From: Nitrospirota bacterium
GTDB lineage: Bacteria; JACPQY01
DNA length: 64,000 bases
Assembly: GCA_016180645.1 (NCBI GenBank)
Contig: JACPAV010000003.1
Span: forward strand, 62,001 to 126,000
Reading direction: 5' to 3'
Numbering within the stretch: position 1 is the stretch's first letter; each line of letters begins with the position of its first letter. The position numbers were made by a program, and so were the translations under genes. A model generated the notes under the pieces. The model saw only the letters and a list, made by a program, of their open reading frames with translations, was not told the origin of the DNA and did not search any database. Positions 36,946-46,587 of the stretch are shown here, piece after piece.

Positions 36946-38691
36946 CTATTTATTCGGCTGGCCGCACATGTCGATCGGCTCAGCGTACTTCGCAAACAAC
37001 GCGCTAACGGTATTCTCCAAGGCCAGTTGGGCTGGGGTCATCGGCACATTCTGTTCTCGTTTCGGACCGTAGGCACAAAACTGACGGATGGACCGTATCT
37101 TGGATTCGTTCGGCCTATAGGTCCCGGACTCAAAGGTCCCCGGTGTGAAGCCGTTCGGATCGTACGCAACGCTCCGTTGTGAACATCCATCACACACACA
37201 AGACAGTTCCTTCTCGGCCCTCGGGCCGATATTTTCCACAGCCCCAACCAAAGACTGAACGTCCGTAGCACTAACAATAGCGGAGGCCGTGGGAGTGTAG
37301 TATCCGGAGCGTTCGGCGACATAGATGGCTGCGCAACCGTCCGTGCGGATTTGGAAACGACTCTCACGCTTACCTTTGCATCGACCGCTGTCCCAAGCAA
37401 ATACAAGCTTGTCACCGCCAAGGATAACGCAGGTGGTCAGTTTCTTGAGCCAGTCCTCAGAAGATCGCATCACATCGGCATCCATGTCGGACTTCGCGGC
37501 TTCCAAGATGGCCATGCCCTCGTTTCTCCGGGCTCTCGTTTCGTCCCGAAGTCTGTCATACGTCGAACGGTCGGAACCGGGCCAGTCGTCATAATCACTG
37601 CCGCTTGTGGGGTCATCGATCCGCAATAGCTTCCCCATGACTTCGACGGCATGCCGGCGCGCCCACCAATCAGGTGACGAACCGGCCTTCTCAAATATTT
37701 CTTCCGCACTTGAGTACGCCCGGACAGAGTAGGATTCGGGAATATTCCACAAGGGGATCTTCCCGATCGGAGGCTCTGGAAGATTGAACAAGGTCGTGAT
37801 GGTTGGGCCTCGGGCCTCCAAGAACACGACCTCGCTCGCAGCCTCGTTGAGGAGAAAATAGAAATAATCTTCATTGATGCAGCCGGCCGGGCAATCGCCC
37901 GACCCCGACTTGTAAACGACGTGGTACCGATTGTTCTTCCGTAATAGATATGTGTCAGAGCTGTCTCCTCCAACAACATTGAGGGTCACACTTCTTGCTC
38001 CGGTTGCCTCCTTGACCTTCTTGGCAAGATACGGCAGGTTCAGAGGCTCCTCGAACCATAGGACGAGGTACGGAAGGTTCTGCGTAAGCCGATAAATACT
38101 CTTGAGAGGGTATTCTTTGCTAAAGACCTGAAGCGCCGTCCAGACGGCCTTGCGTTTTTCCTTTTCCTCCGTGCCCGGTTCAAAAAACTCGTTCGGGAAC
38201 TCAAGAACCAACTCGTCATGGCTCCATCTTGGCCGGGCGAAAGGATCATCGAAGGCTGGGAAAAGCTTCCCGATGAGAGACAGTGCGCAATCGATCTCAT
38301 TCGCAAGCGTCCCTTCCAAACGGATCTGGGTACTATTCCTAAAGGTGAGTTCCCTGACGGTGTCAGAGTAGGGCGGACCTGCTGGAGTACACGTCCCCTT
38401 TCTCGTGATCGGTAGGTCTGTAGGCCTGAATCCGAGAATCTCCTCAGGCTTCCACGGTGTCTCTGGTTGAGGAGGGTCTTGGGGGCGTGGCGGCTGGACC
38501 GGACCTAATGAGTCTGCTGACGATGACGGCTCGGCAGGCTGCGACGCGAAGGCATCGGGGCCAGGGTCATTGGTATGCTCCGATCGATCAGTCGGGTTAC
38601 TGCAGTGGGCTGAAAAGACTCCAAGGAGCAATCCCACTCTAAGCCAACGCTCCATCCTTTGGATTCTGCGCCAGCTATCTGGCCCTTGCAA
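36946..38691 (-). CDS. Hypothetical lipoprotein, paralog of 34353-36062 (start possibly 38655)
   Basis: Leader ending SAHC, Pro-rich linker, GDCPAGC motif, HEAT-like helices. Confidence 0.78.
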   Translation of the reverse strand: MQGPDSWRRIQRMERWLRVGLLLGVFSAHCSNPTDRSEHTNDPGPDAFASQPAEPSSSADSLGPVQPPRPQDPPQPETPWKPEEILGFRPTDLPITRKGTCTPAGPPYSDTVRELTFRNSTQIRLEGTLANEIDCALSLIGKLFPAFDDPFARPRWSHDELVLEFPNEFFEPGTEEKEKRKAVWTALQVFSKEYPLKSIYRLTQNLPYLVLWFEEPLNLPYLAKKVKEATGARSVTLNVVGGDSSDTYLLRKNNRYHVVYKSGSGDCPAGCINEDYFYFLLNEAASEVVFLEARGPTITTLFNLPEPPIGKIPLWNIPESYSVRAYSSAEEIFEKAGSSPDWWARRHAVEVMGKLLRIDDPTSGSDYDDWPGSDRSTYDRLRDETRARRNEGMAILEAAKSDMDADVMRSSEDWLKKLTTCVILGGDKLVFAWDSGRCKGKRESRFQIRTDGCAAIYVAERSGYYTPTASAIVSATDVQSLVGAVENIGPRAEKELSCVCDGCSQRSVAYDPNGFTPGTFESGTYRPNESKIRSIRQFCAYGPKREQNVPMTPAQLALENTVSALFAKYAEPIDMCGQPNK

Positions 38692-39015
38692 GAACGAGCT
38701 TGACCTTGGCCGCGAGCCGCCTTGATAACCGGGGGCCGGGCTACGTCAACATGAAACGTCAAGATTGGGGGCGTAATCCGCACAAACTCGGAATTCGGGG
38801 GCCTGCCGGCCTGTAGACCGCGTTGACGGCCTTTCCGCACTCCTCCGCTCCTCCATCCCTCACCCAGCGTGTGCATCGACCCTCCGAGCGTGTATGACGA
38901 GCAATCCCTTTCCATGGGGCCATGCAAGGTAGTGGCGAGAACCAGCAAACACCTCAGGTCCCTTTGAAGGGCACTACAGGGAAGGGGGACCCCAAGTTAG
39001 GTTTGGAGTTCGGCC

Positions 39016-39690
39016 TTACGAGCCCCGTCGGGTCAATTGCTTCTGAATCCGGGCGAGGAGACGGTTCGCGGCGGGCAGAGGGCGCCAGGGAATTCCAAAG
39101 AGCCGGTAGTCGATAAACTCCACGTACAGACCGATCTCGCTTCGACAGTCGATGTACGCAAAATCCACATAGAGGGCAGGACCCGCCACGCGGACTTGCC
39201 CGCGAACCGCTGTGGGAAAGCCTGCGAGAATGAACTCCCGCTCCCTTTCATCGACATGGTGATCCAGGACGCCTACGTGATGCAGAATGAATCGGCCCCC
39301 CGCATCGATGGCGTCCGAGTAGAAAGTGGATCCCTCGCCTGCCCCGAGAAGTTCCACCTCATACCCATTCCTCTGCGCCAAGGCGATGTGGCCGCGGAAG
39401 GTTCGGGGTTGACCGCGCTCGTCCCACGGCCACACCCTGCCTTTGAGTTCCAGGAAGGGGCCGAATCCTGCCGGAGAGAGCACGTTGATCGCCTCTTGCA
39501 TATCCCTGACTGCAATTCCGTATTGCCAGATGGAATTGAGCCCCATTTTCTTGCAGAAACCGGGGTCCAGAACATCTCTCCATTCGGGCACCTCGCCCCG
39601 ACGCAAGATCGCATCGAAATCATGCATAGATTCCATTTCACCCGTGGCCACGTGGGTCACGGTAGCATGAACGAGTCGGTGGAAAAACAC
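39016..39690 (-). CDS. VOC/glyoxalase family protein
   Basis: QYGIAVRDM, EVELL, LHHVGV, FAYID...YVEF. Confidence 0.8.
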   Translation of the reverse strand: MFFHRLVHATVTHVATGEMESMHDFDAILRRGEVPEWRDVLDPGFCKKMGLNSIWQYGIAVRDMQEAINVLSPAGFGPFLELKGRVWPWDERGQPRTFRGHIALAQRNGYEVELLGAGEGSTFYSDAIDAGGRFILHHVGVLDHHVDEREREFILAGFPTAVRGQVRVAGPALYVDFAYIDCRSEIGLYVEFIDYRLFGIPWRPLPAANRLLARIQKQLTRRGS

Positions 39691-39768
39691 ATTCCAAAGC
39701 GAGAAGCGTTCAAAGGATGAACTCGATTCCTAGATTGAATGATTTACGCTAAACTACCGTCCATCGTC

Positions 39769-39842
39769 GCGCCTGTAGCTCAACTGGACAGAGCGCTAGC
39801 CTCCGGAGCTAGAGGTTCCCAGTTCGATTCTGGGCAGGCGCA
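39769..39842 (+). tRNA. tRNA-Arg(CCG)
   Basis: GCGCCTG/CAGGCGC acceptor stem, anticodon arm CTAGC-CTCCGGA-GCTAG, GTTCGATTC T-loop; CCA not encoded. Confidence 0.97.
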
Positions 39843-40113
39843 CTTTCATCACCATCGCGGGCATCCTGGCCCGCCGTCAAAGGTTGAAAGTACCGTCGCC
39901 ATCACGGCGACAGCACTCGCTTCGTCATGCCGACCTTCCATGGTCGGCGCATGTAAGAAGCGAGTGCGGCTCGCTTCACGCTCGACCGCATCTTTCCACT
40001 CACCGCGGGCGTCCCCGAGCCGCGATGAAGCACCACAGCCAAGGTCGGGCATGCCCGCCGGCCGCTCCGGAAGGACCACGGGTGGGGACAGAACGGGGGC
40101 AGATTTTGAGAGG

Positions 40114-40142
40114 TTGACAGGCCATTTTGATATGGCTATTCT
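40114..40142 (+). promoter_or_regulatory. Sigma70 promoter with palindromic operator, leaderless
   Basis: TTGACA-17nt-TATTCT; GCCAT..ATGGC palindrome in the spacer; ATG 6 nt downstream. Confidence 0.75.
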
Positions 40143-40148
40143 AGCCCG

Positions 40149-40445
40149 ATGAGAAAAGCCTCGGTCACGGAGACGAAGAACAGACTGAGCGCCCTCCTAG
40201 AACGGGTCCGCGCGGGAGAATCGGTCGTCATCACCGACCGACGCATCCCCATAGCCATATTGGAACCCGTGCGGTCCGGGGACAATCGCCTCCCCTCCGA
40301 TGCACGCCTGGCGAGGCTTGAACGCGCGGGCGTGATTCACTCCGGTGCGCGCAGGATTCCGGAGCGGTTGTTCGACATGCCGACCGCGAGGGCGAAGGGG
40401 AGCGCAGTCAAAGCCCTGCTCACGAACCGCGAGGAGGACCGCTGA
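40149..40445 (+). CDS. Phd/YefM-family antitoxin
   Basis: ASVTETKNRLSALLERVRAGESVVITDRRIPIA. Confidence 0.92.
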   Translation: MRKASVTETKNRLSALLERVRAGESVVITDRRIPIAILEPVRSGDNRLPSDARLARLERAGVIHSGARRIPERLFDMPTARAKGSAVKALLTNREEDR

Positions 40446-40879
40446 AGTTCTGGGACAGTTCGGCCCTGGTACCCCTTCTGGTCGAGGAGAAGACGACCTC
40501 GGCTCTGCGCAGCCTTGGAAAGCGCGATTCAAGCGTGCTGGTCTGGTGGTCCGCCCGAGTGGAATGCTCCGCCGCCTTGGCTCGGCTCGTGCGGGAGAGG
40601 AAATTGGAACGCGGCGAAGAACGGATCGCCCTTCAGAACCTTCGAAATCTTCAAGAGAGCTGGATGGAGGTCCAGCCGACCGAAGCCGTGAGAGAGGCGG
40701 CAGTCCGCCTGCTGAGGATACACGGGCTAAGGTCTTCCGACTCCCTTCAACTTGCGGCGGCCCTCGTGGCAAGCGAGTACCGGCCGACGACCTTGGAATT
40801 CGTTTGCATGGATGAGCGACTTTCCATGGCAGCAGATCGCGAGGGCTTCCCTCTCGTCAGGTTGGACTCTCACGACTGA
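40442..40879 (+). CDS. vapC: VapC-family PIN toxin, probable CTG start
   Basis: In-frame KFWDSSALVPL upstream of the tracked ORF, LRSSDSLQLAAA, FVCMDERL. Confidence 0.88.
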   Translation: MKFWDSSALVPLLVEEKTTSALRSLGKRDSSVLVWWSARVECSAALARLVRERKLERGEERIALQNLRNLQESWMEVQPTEAVREAAVRLLRIHGLRSSDSLQLAAALVASEYRPTTLEFVCMDERLSMAADREGFPLVRLDSHD

Positions 40880-40957
40880 TCTCGACTCCGGATCAAGGCC
40901 CGGACCCGGTCCCGAAGCAAAGAGAAATCTTTTCCGGGTAGTGACTCAGTTGGGAGC

Positions 40958-40984
40958 TAAAGTTCACGTGAAACTTGCCGAACT
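40958..40984 (+). promoter_or_regulatory. Sigma28 (FliA) promoter
   Basis: TAAAGTTC-N11-GCCGAACT upstream of flgM. Confidence 0.75.
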
Positions 40985-41034
40985 ACTCTAATGTGGCTTG
41001 AAGTTTGGTGGTTACGAAATAAAGGAGATTTGAA

Positions 41035-41355
41035 ATGGCAAATGATATCAGTAGGATAGGTCAGGCCCCCCCGCCTCCCCCAGTTCCCCCGAGTGGAGGA
41101 GGCCGGAAACCTCCCAGCACCCCGCCCTCCGGCGGCAGCGATTCAGGCGACCGCGTAACTCGAACGACCCCGGACTACACGCAGAAAACCAATTCCATCC
41201 CGGAAGTCCGCACCGACCGGGTACAGGAAGTCCGCCGGCAGATTGACAAGGGAAATTACGAAGTCGACAGCAAGGAAGTCGCCGACAAGTTGGTTCGAGA
41301 CACGCTGAAGGATCTCGTGGCGCCCGACCTCGCCTCCAAGGTCACCGGGCGCTAG
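41035..41355 (+). CDS. flgM: Anti-sigma-28 factor FlgM
   Basis: PEVRTDRVQEVRRQIDKGNYEVDSKEVADKL; sigma28 promoter; AAGGAG RBS. Confidence 0.88.
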   Translation: MANDISRIGQAPPPPPVPPSGGGRKPPSTPPSGGSDSGDRVTRTTPDYTQKTNSIPEVRTDRVQEVRRQIDKGNYEVDSKEVADKLVRDTLKDLVAPDLASKVTGR

Positions 41356-41365
41356 TTACGCGGGT

Positions 41366-42508
41366 TCAGAACCCCAGCCGCTTCGCGATCACCTCTTTCA
41401 TGATCTCCTGAGTGCCGCCGCCAATGGGCAGAATCCTCGTGTCCCGATAAAGCCGCTCCACCACGAACTCCCGACTGTAGCCATACCCTCCGTGTAACTG
41501 CACGGCGTCGTAGCAGACCTTGTCCGCTACTTGGCAGGTGAAGTTCTTCGCCATCGAGACTTCCGCCACCACTTCCTCTCCCGCTTCGTACCGCGCGGCG
41601 ATCCGGTAGGTGAATTCGCGCGCGACATTCACCGCCGTGGCCATGTCCGCCAGTTTGTGCCGCGTCACCTGAAAACCTGTGAGTGGCTTCCCAAACGCCT
41701 TGCGCTCCCGCACGTAACTCAAGGTCAGATCGTAGGCGAGCTGCGCCGCGGCCACGGCGGCGATGGAAATGCCGAGCCGCTCCCCCTGAAAATTGACCAT
41801 GATGCCGTAGAAGCCCTGATTCTCCTCGCCCAGCAAATTCTTGACGGGAACCCGGCAGTCCTCGAAAGCCAGTTCGGCCGTATCGGACGACCACCAACCC
41901 ATTTTCTTGATGCTCTTGGATACGCGAAACCCCGGAGTTCCCTTCTCGACGACAAGCAGACTGATTCCCGGATACCCCGGTCCACCCGTCCGCACCGCCG
42001 TCGTCACAATATCCGCCCGCACGCCGCTGCTGATGAACGTCTTTGCCCCATTCACCACATAGAAATCCCCATCGCGAACCGCCTTGGTCTGAATGCTCGC
42101 CACATCGCTCCCTGCATTCGGCTCCGTTACAGCGAGTGCCGCGATCCTCTCTCCCCTCAGCACGGGCGGAACCCATTTCCTTTTCTGCTCTTCCGTTCCA
42201 AGCCGCACGATCGGGGGCAGCCCGATCCCGTGGGTGCCGAGTCCGACCTGAATTCCCATCGCCCCGCATCGAATCAGCTCTTCGGCAACCACGAACACGC
42301 CGAAAATATCCATCGGATGGCCCCCGTATTCTTCGGGGAATCCCACCCCCAGAAGCCCAAGCTCTCCCGCCTTTCGGTATACCTCGCGGGGAAATCCGGC
42401 CTCTTCCTCCCACTGATCCACGTGCGGGGTGATCTCCTTCTCCACAAACTTCTTGACCGTCTGGCGCAAGACTTCATGTTCCTCTGTGAAGTACTTCTGG
42501 TACGACAT
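41366..42508 (-). CDS. Acyl-CoA dehydrogenase
   Basis: ALAVTEPNAGSD, NGAKTFIS, VQLHGGYGY, IGGGTQEI. Confidence 0.95.
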   Translation of the reverse strand: MSYQKYFTEEHEVLRQTVKKFVEKEITPHVDQWEEEAGFPREVYRKAGELGLLGVGFPEEYGGHPMDIFGVFVVAEELIRCGAMGIQVGLGTHGIGLPPIVRLGTEEQKRKWVPPVLRGERIAALAVTEPNAGSDVASIQTKAVRDGDFYVVNGAKTFISSGVRADIVTTAVRTGGPGYPGISLLVVEKGTPGFRVSKSIKKMGWWSSDTAELAFEDCRVPVKNLLGEENQGFYGIMVNFQGERLGISIAAVAAAQLAYDLTLSYVRERKAFGKPLTGFQVTRHKLADMATAVNVAREFTYRIAARYEAGEEVVAEVSMAKNFTCQVADKVCYDAVQLHGGYGYSREFVVERLYRDTRILPIGGGTQEIMKEVIAKRLGF

Positions 42509-42650
42509 GCTCGAACCTCCTTCGGGTGACATGAGGGATTCGTGTAACCTCCCCGCTCAACCGTGTCAACCCGGCCAATCGGCCGGTCAGATCCCCGGAG
42601 GCATTCCGCTTGCACACGCACTCGATCTCTGCACAGAATGCGTCGGTCCA

Positions 42651-43565
42651 ATGAATCGTATCGTCCGTGCACTGTTTCTCATTTCCCTGCTCCCTGCCTG
42701 TACCCAGACGCCGGATACTTCCGGAAAGCAGTTCATGGACGTGGACGGCGTCCGGATTCACTACGTCCAGTCCGGCGCCGGGGAGCGGACTCTGGTCATG
42801 ATTCACGGATACGGCGCGGGGGCCTTCACGTGGAAAGGAATTCAGGACCGAACCCCGCCGGGATACACCACGTATGCCCTCGACCTCCCCGGCTTCGGCT
42901 ACTCGGACAAGCCCGCGAACTTCGAATACGGCCTCCCCGCATTCTCCAGTATCGTCGCCCGGTTCCTGGAGATCGCCTGCCCGCCCAAAACCATCCTCGT
43001 CGGAAACTCTATGGGCGGCGCCGTTTCCATCTGGACGGCGGCGAGCCGGCCCGACCGGATTGCGGCCATTGTGGCGATCGATTCGGCCGGCGGCGGACAT
43101 CCACCCGGTTCGCTCCCGGCCATTTTCAAAGTCATTCAAATGCCGACGATCGGCCCCCTTCTGCTGCGCCTGCCTTCCCGTCCGCTCATGCGGAATACGC
43201 TGGAGGAGGTGTATGCACACGATGATCGCATTACGAAGGATCTCATCGACCTGTACTACCAACCCACCCGGTTTCCCGGCGCCGCCCTCGCGTGGCATCG
43301 GACGCTGGCCGATCTCATGGGGCGAACCGAACGCGGCGAAGTCGCCGCCCGGATGGATCAGGTTAAGCAACCGGTCTTCCTCATGTGGGGAGATCAAGAC
43401 ACGTGGACCCCGCCGTCCGGGGCGGATGTCTTCAGATCCCACATGCCGCACGCCATATCCAAGGTGTATTCGGAACTGGGACACGTGCCCCAGGAGGAAG
43501 ATCCCGCACGGGTCGTGCCCGATCTCTTCACCTTCACGGACGGAATCTTTTCATCGCACCCCTAA
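42651..43565 (+). CDS. Alpha/beta hydrolase, lipoprotein
   Basis: LLPAC lipobox, IHGYG, DLPGFG, GNSMGG, GHVPQEE. Confidence 0.9.
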   Translation: MNRIVRALFLISLLPACTQTPDTSGKQFMDVDGVRIHYVQSGAGERTLVMIHGYGAGAFTWKGIQDRTPPGYTTYALDLPGFGYSDKPANFEYGLPAFSSIVARFLEIACPPKTILVGNSMGGAVSIWTAASRPDRIAAIVAIDSAGGGHPPGSLPAIFKVIQMPTIGPLLLRLPSRPLMRNTLEEVYAHDDRITKDLIDLYYQPTRFPGAALAWHRTLADLMGRTERGEVAARMDQVKQPVFLMWGDQDTWTPPSGADVFRSHMPHAISKVYSELGHVPQEEDPARVVPDLFTFTDGIFSSHP

Positions 43566-43582
43566 GGAAGTCCCTTTGCACG

Positions 43583-44305
43583 ATGGACACCTTCGCCACG
43601 ATCCAAACCGAGATGCTCGACGGGGGGATCGGCCTCATCCGGTTGAACCGGCCGGAGAAACGCAACGCCCTCTCGATCCAGGTGCGGCGCGAGATCTCGT
43701 CGTGCCTGGACCAATGGAAATCGAACGAAACCGTCCGCCTGGTCGTGTTCACGGGAAACGGCACGACCTTCTGCTCGGGATTCGACCTCAAGGAATTCAA
43801 CGAGCCTTCGTGCTACCAGGAACTCTTCGAATCATCCGCCCGCTATCATCGGGACGTCTGGTTCTTCCCCAAGCCCACCCTTGCGGCGATCAACGGTCCC
43901 GCGTTTGGAGGCGGCTTCGACCTCGTCACGCTCTGCGACCTTCGCCTCTGCTCCGAGTCGGCCGCCTTCGGCCATCCTGAAATCAAATTCGGCGCCCCTC
44001 CGCTCTTCTCGCCCCTCCGCTGGATCGTCGGGAACGGCCTGGCGCGCGATCTATGCCTGACCGGTCGGAGAATCGACGCCAAGGAAGCCCGAAGGATCGG
44101 CCTCGTCAGCGAAATCGTGCCCGACGCCGATCTGATGAACCGCGCCACCGCCATCGGCCGCTCGATCCTCGAAGCCCCGGACCAGGCGCTGACGACGACT
44201 AAACGCTACATGGCCGGTGCGTCGAACGATGAATTCGAAACGTCGTTCCGGGTCGAACACGACGAGGTTTTCAAGGAGCACCTGCTCAGTCGTCAGCATC
44301 GCTGA
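43583..44305 (+). CDS. Enoyl-CoA hydratase/isomerase family protein
   Basis: LNRPEKRNAL, FCSGFDL, AFGGG, FGHPEIKFG. Confidence 0.92.
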   Translation: MDTFATIQTEMLDGGIGLIRLNRPEKRNALSIQVRREISSCLDQWKSNETVRLVVFTGNGTTFCSGFDLKEFNEPSCYQELFESSARYHRDVWFFPKPTLAAINGPAFGGGFDLVTLCDLRLCSESAAFGHPEIKFGAPPLFSPLRWIVGNGLARDLCLTGRRIDAKEARRIGLVSEIVPDADLMNRATAIGRSILEAPDQALTTTKRYMAGASNDEFETSFRVEHDEVFKEHLLSRQHR

Positions 44306-44358
44306 ACAAACGGGGATCCCCCTCCTTTGTAAGGAGGAGTCGAGGGAGGTAGGAGTTC

Positions 44359-44475
44359 AGAGCCTCTAACAGAATGCGTAGGGGAGGGTCTTCAGACCCT
44401 CCCGACAAGAGGGAGCAACCAAGAGGGAGCATCTGAAGATGCTCCCCTACGAATCGGCATTCTGTTAGAGGCTCT
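44359..44475. mobile_element. MITE/REPIN-like element: 19-bp terminal inverted repeats enclosing two REP hairpins
   Basis: AGAGCCTCTAACAGAATGC...GCATTCTGTTAGAGGCTCT around GTAGGGGAGGGTCTTCAGACCCTCCC and GGGAGCATCTGAAGATGCTCCCCTAC. Confidence 0.75.
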
Positions 44476-45110
44476 TAGTACGCTAGGACCGGCGACTGGC
44501 GGACGTAGCGTGACCCTTGAACGCAATCCCGAAGAATGAAATGCGCCACATCAGCCCGGGAGATGAACCCGTGGTGAATCGAACCATCCGTTGCAACTCG
44601 ATAATTTCCCATCGATCGCCCGTTCGTCAGGATCGGCGGCTGAACGATCACCCAATCCCTGTCCGATCTCTTGATGTCGGCCTCCATGGTTTCCTTGTCT
44701 CGAAGCGCCCGGCGAATAACCGTTTGATAGAACGGCTTCAGGAACCATGCGAGCGACTCGCGTGTCGGGCCCACTCCTAACGCGGAGACGACCACAAACC
44801 GTTTCACGCCCTGCTTATTCATCGCCTGGAGGATCCATTTCGTTCCCTCCGAGCAAACGTTGGAGTGCTTCCAAGGGCGAGTCCCCAGCGAGGAAACGAC
44901 CGCATCGTGTCCCTTGACAGCATTGGACACAGCCGCATCATCGAACGCGTCCCCTCGAAGAACGGTCAATCCGTCGCTCTTGCCTCGGGGCACGAAGGGA
45001 CTTCGCGAAAACGCCGTAACCTTGTGGCCGGACTCCAACGCCTGTTCCACGACCGCCCGTCCCGTTCCTCCCGTGGGACCGAAGACGATGATCTTGAGCT
45101 TCGCGGTCAT
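44475..45110 (-). CDS. NAD(P)-binding oxidoreductase (flavin reductase/BVR-B-like)
   Basis: VFGPTGGTG, GHDAVVSSLG, ISRADVA. Confidence 0.9.
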   Translation of the reverse strand: MTAKLKIIVFGPTGGTGRAVVEQALESGHKVTAFSRSPFVPRGKSDGLTVLRGDAFDDAAVSNAVKGHDAVVSSLGTRPWKHSNVCSEGTKWILQAMNKQGVKRFVVVSALGVGPTRESLAWFLKPFYQTVIRRALRDKETMEADIKRSDRDWVIVQPPILTNGRSMGNYRVATDGSIHHGFISRADVAHFILRDCVQGSRYVRQSPVLAY

Positions 45111-45178
45111 GATGAAGCCAAGTATACCTGATCGAATGGGGTTGCGCAGACCTTCCCCTGAGTCATAAGATCCCCACC

Positions 45179-46171
45179 ATGCAGCACGAAATCCGATCGA
45201 AAGGCCCCCTGCTACGGCCCGACGGCCGGCTCGTTGAGAAAGGCTGGTCCCGGCGGCCGTTCAAAGAATTCAACCCTCTGAAAGCCCAACGCCTGAGGCT
45301 GAAGGAATGGGACTACCTGGGCATTTTCGATGGCGACCAATTCATCACCGTCATGATCGCCCACCTGGGATACCTTGCGATTGGAGCCATCCAAGTTCTG
45401 GATCTGAAATCGAAACAGAAAGTAGTCGAGCGGATGGCCCCTTCTCCCCTGGGCTTCGGTTGCCTCATGGCGAAATCGAGCGAGATGGGAACGTCCAGAC
45501 TCCATCTGCCGGGGCACCTTGTCCAGTTTGAACACAGCCCGATCGGACGGGAGATCCGAGGCCGATGGCCGGGAGTCGATGTGGAGCTTCACGCCGATCC
45601 CCTGCCTCGCGGCCACGACAGCATCGTCATGCACACGCCCATCGGAGACAGGGGGTATTACTACAATCACAAGACGAGCGGACTTCGCGTCACGGGATCC
45701 ATCCACCTCAAAGGGAAGTCGATTCATCTGGGGAAGGCGGCCTTGGCCACACTCGACTGGGGGCGCGGCGTCTGGGAAAGAATCACGTTCTGGAACTGGG
45801 CGACCGCCTGCGGTTACCTCGGCGATGGACGCTCCATCCGGCTCAACCTCGGCTGCGGCTTCGGCGATCTTTCAGCCGCAACAGAGAACTGTTTTCTTGT
45901 GGATGGCAAGATCGTGAAGCTGGGTAACGTGACTTTCGAATACGATGTCGAAAACCTGGAACGCCCGTGGCGTATGCAGGGGGATGACGGATCCCTCGAT
46001 CTCCAACTCCAGCCGCTCTATCTGAATACCAAGAAAACGCATCTCGGGTTCGCCTGGAGCCGTCTTCACCAGGTCTTCGGGGAGTTCAACGGAACAGTCC
46101 GCCACGGCAAGCAGACGATCCGGATCAAAGGACTCAGAGGCTGGGCTGAAGAGCATCGCGCCCATTGGTAG
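45179..46171 (+). CDS. DUF2804-family protein
   Basis: RLKEWDY, YYNHK, LDWGRGVW, TFWNW, GWAEEHRAHW. Confidence 0.82.
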   Translation: MQHEIRSKGPLLRPDGRLVEKGWSRRPFKEFNPLKAQRLRLKEWDYLGIFDGDQFITVMIAHLGYLAIGAIQVLDLKSKQKVVERMAPSPLGFGCLMAKSSEMGTSRLHLPGHLVQFEHSPIGREIRGRWPGVDVELHADPLPRGHDSIVMHTPIGDRGYYYNHKTSGLRVTGSIHLKGKSIHLGKAALATLDWGRGVWERITFWNWATACGYLGDGRSIRLNLGCGFGDLSAATENCFLVDGKIVKLGNVTFEYDVENLERPWRMQGDDGSLDLQLQPLYLNTKKTHLGFAWSRLHQVFGEFNGTVRHGKQTIRIKGLRGWAEEHRAHW

Positions 46172-46271
46172 GGCGGCGTCCCTGCCGCCGATATCGCGGT
46201 ACGGGCACGTCCTGCGCCCGCACCGCGCCCATCGGGTTGAAAAGTATTCGCGGGCGAGATAAACCCGCGTC

Positions 46272-46583
46272 ATGGATTCCGTTTTGGGCCGGATCAAGCA
46301 GCTTGTCCGGCGTGGGCGATACTTGTTCTCCCGAAAAGCAGAGGGCGAAATGGATCAGGACAAACTTGAGACATTCAACGTGGTCGAGTCGATCCTGAAT
46401 GCCGACAGGATACAGAAAGTGCTCCGCTCAAGGAACCCGGATCGGCAGAAGAAACGCGAAATGCTCTACGTCATTCACTCCCCTTCCGATGATGGCACAT
46501 TCATTTACACGAAGGGAACCATCCGGGGGACAGGGGAAAATGCGACCTACTATTTTTTCATCTCATCGAAGGTGCTAGAATAG
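46272..46583 (+). CDS. Putative toxin (DUF4258-like)
   Basis: IKQLVRRGRYLFSRKA...VVESILN; directly upstream of a Zn-finger gene. Confidence 0.6.
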   Translation: MDSVLGRIKQLVRRGRYLFSRKAEGEMDQDKLETFNVVESILNADRIQKVLRSRNPDRQKKREMLYVIHSPSDDGTFIYTKGTIRGTGENATYYFFISSKVLE

Positions 46584-46587
46584 GCTC

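Noticed and set aside
11605-39842. The two tRNA-Arg genes as attL/attR of one 28-kb island
   Set aside because: Both are complete, have different anticodons and arms, enclose mostly housekeeping genes, and no integrase is present.
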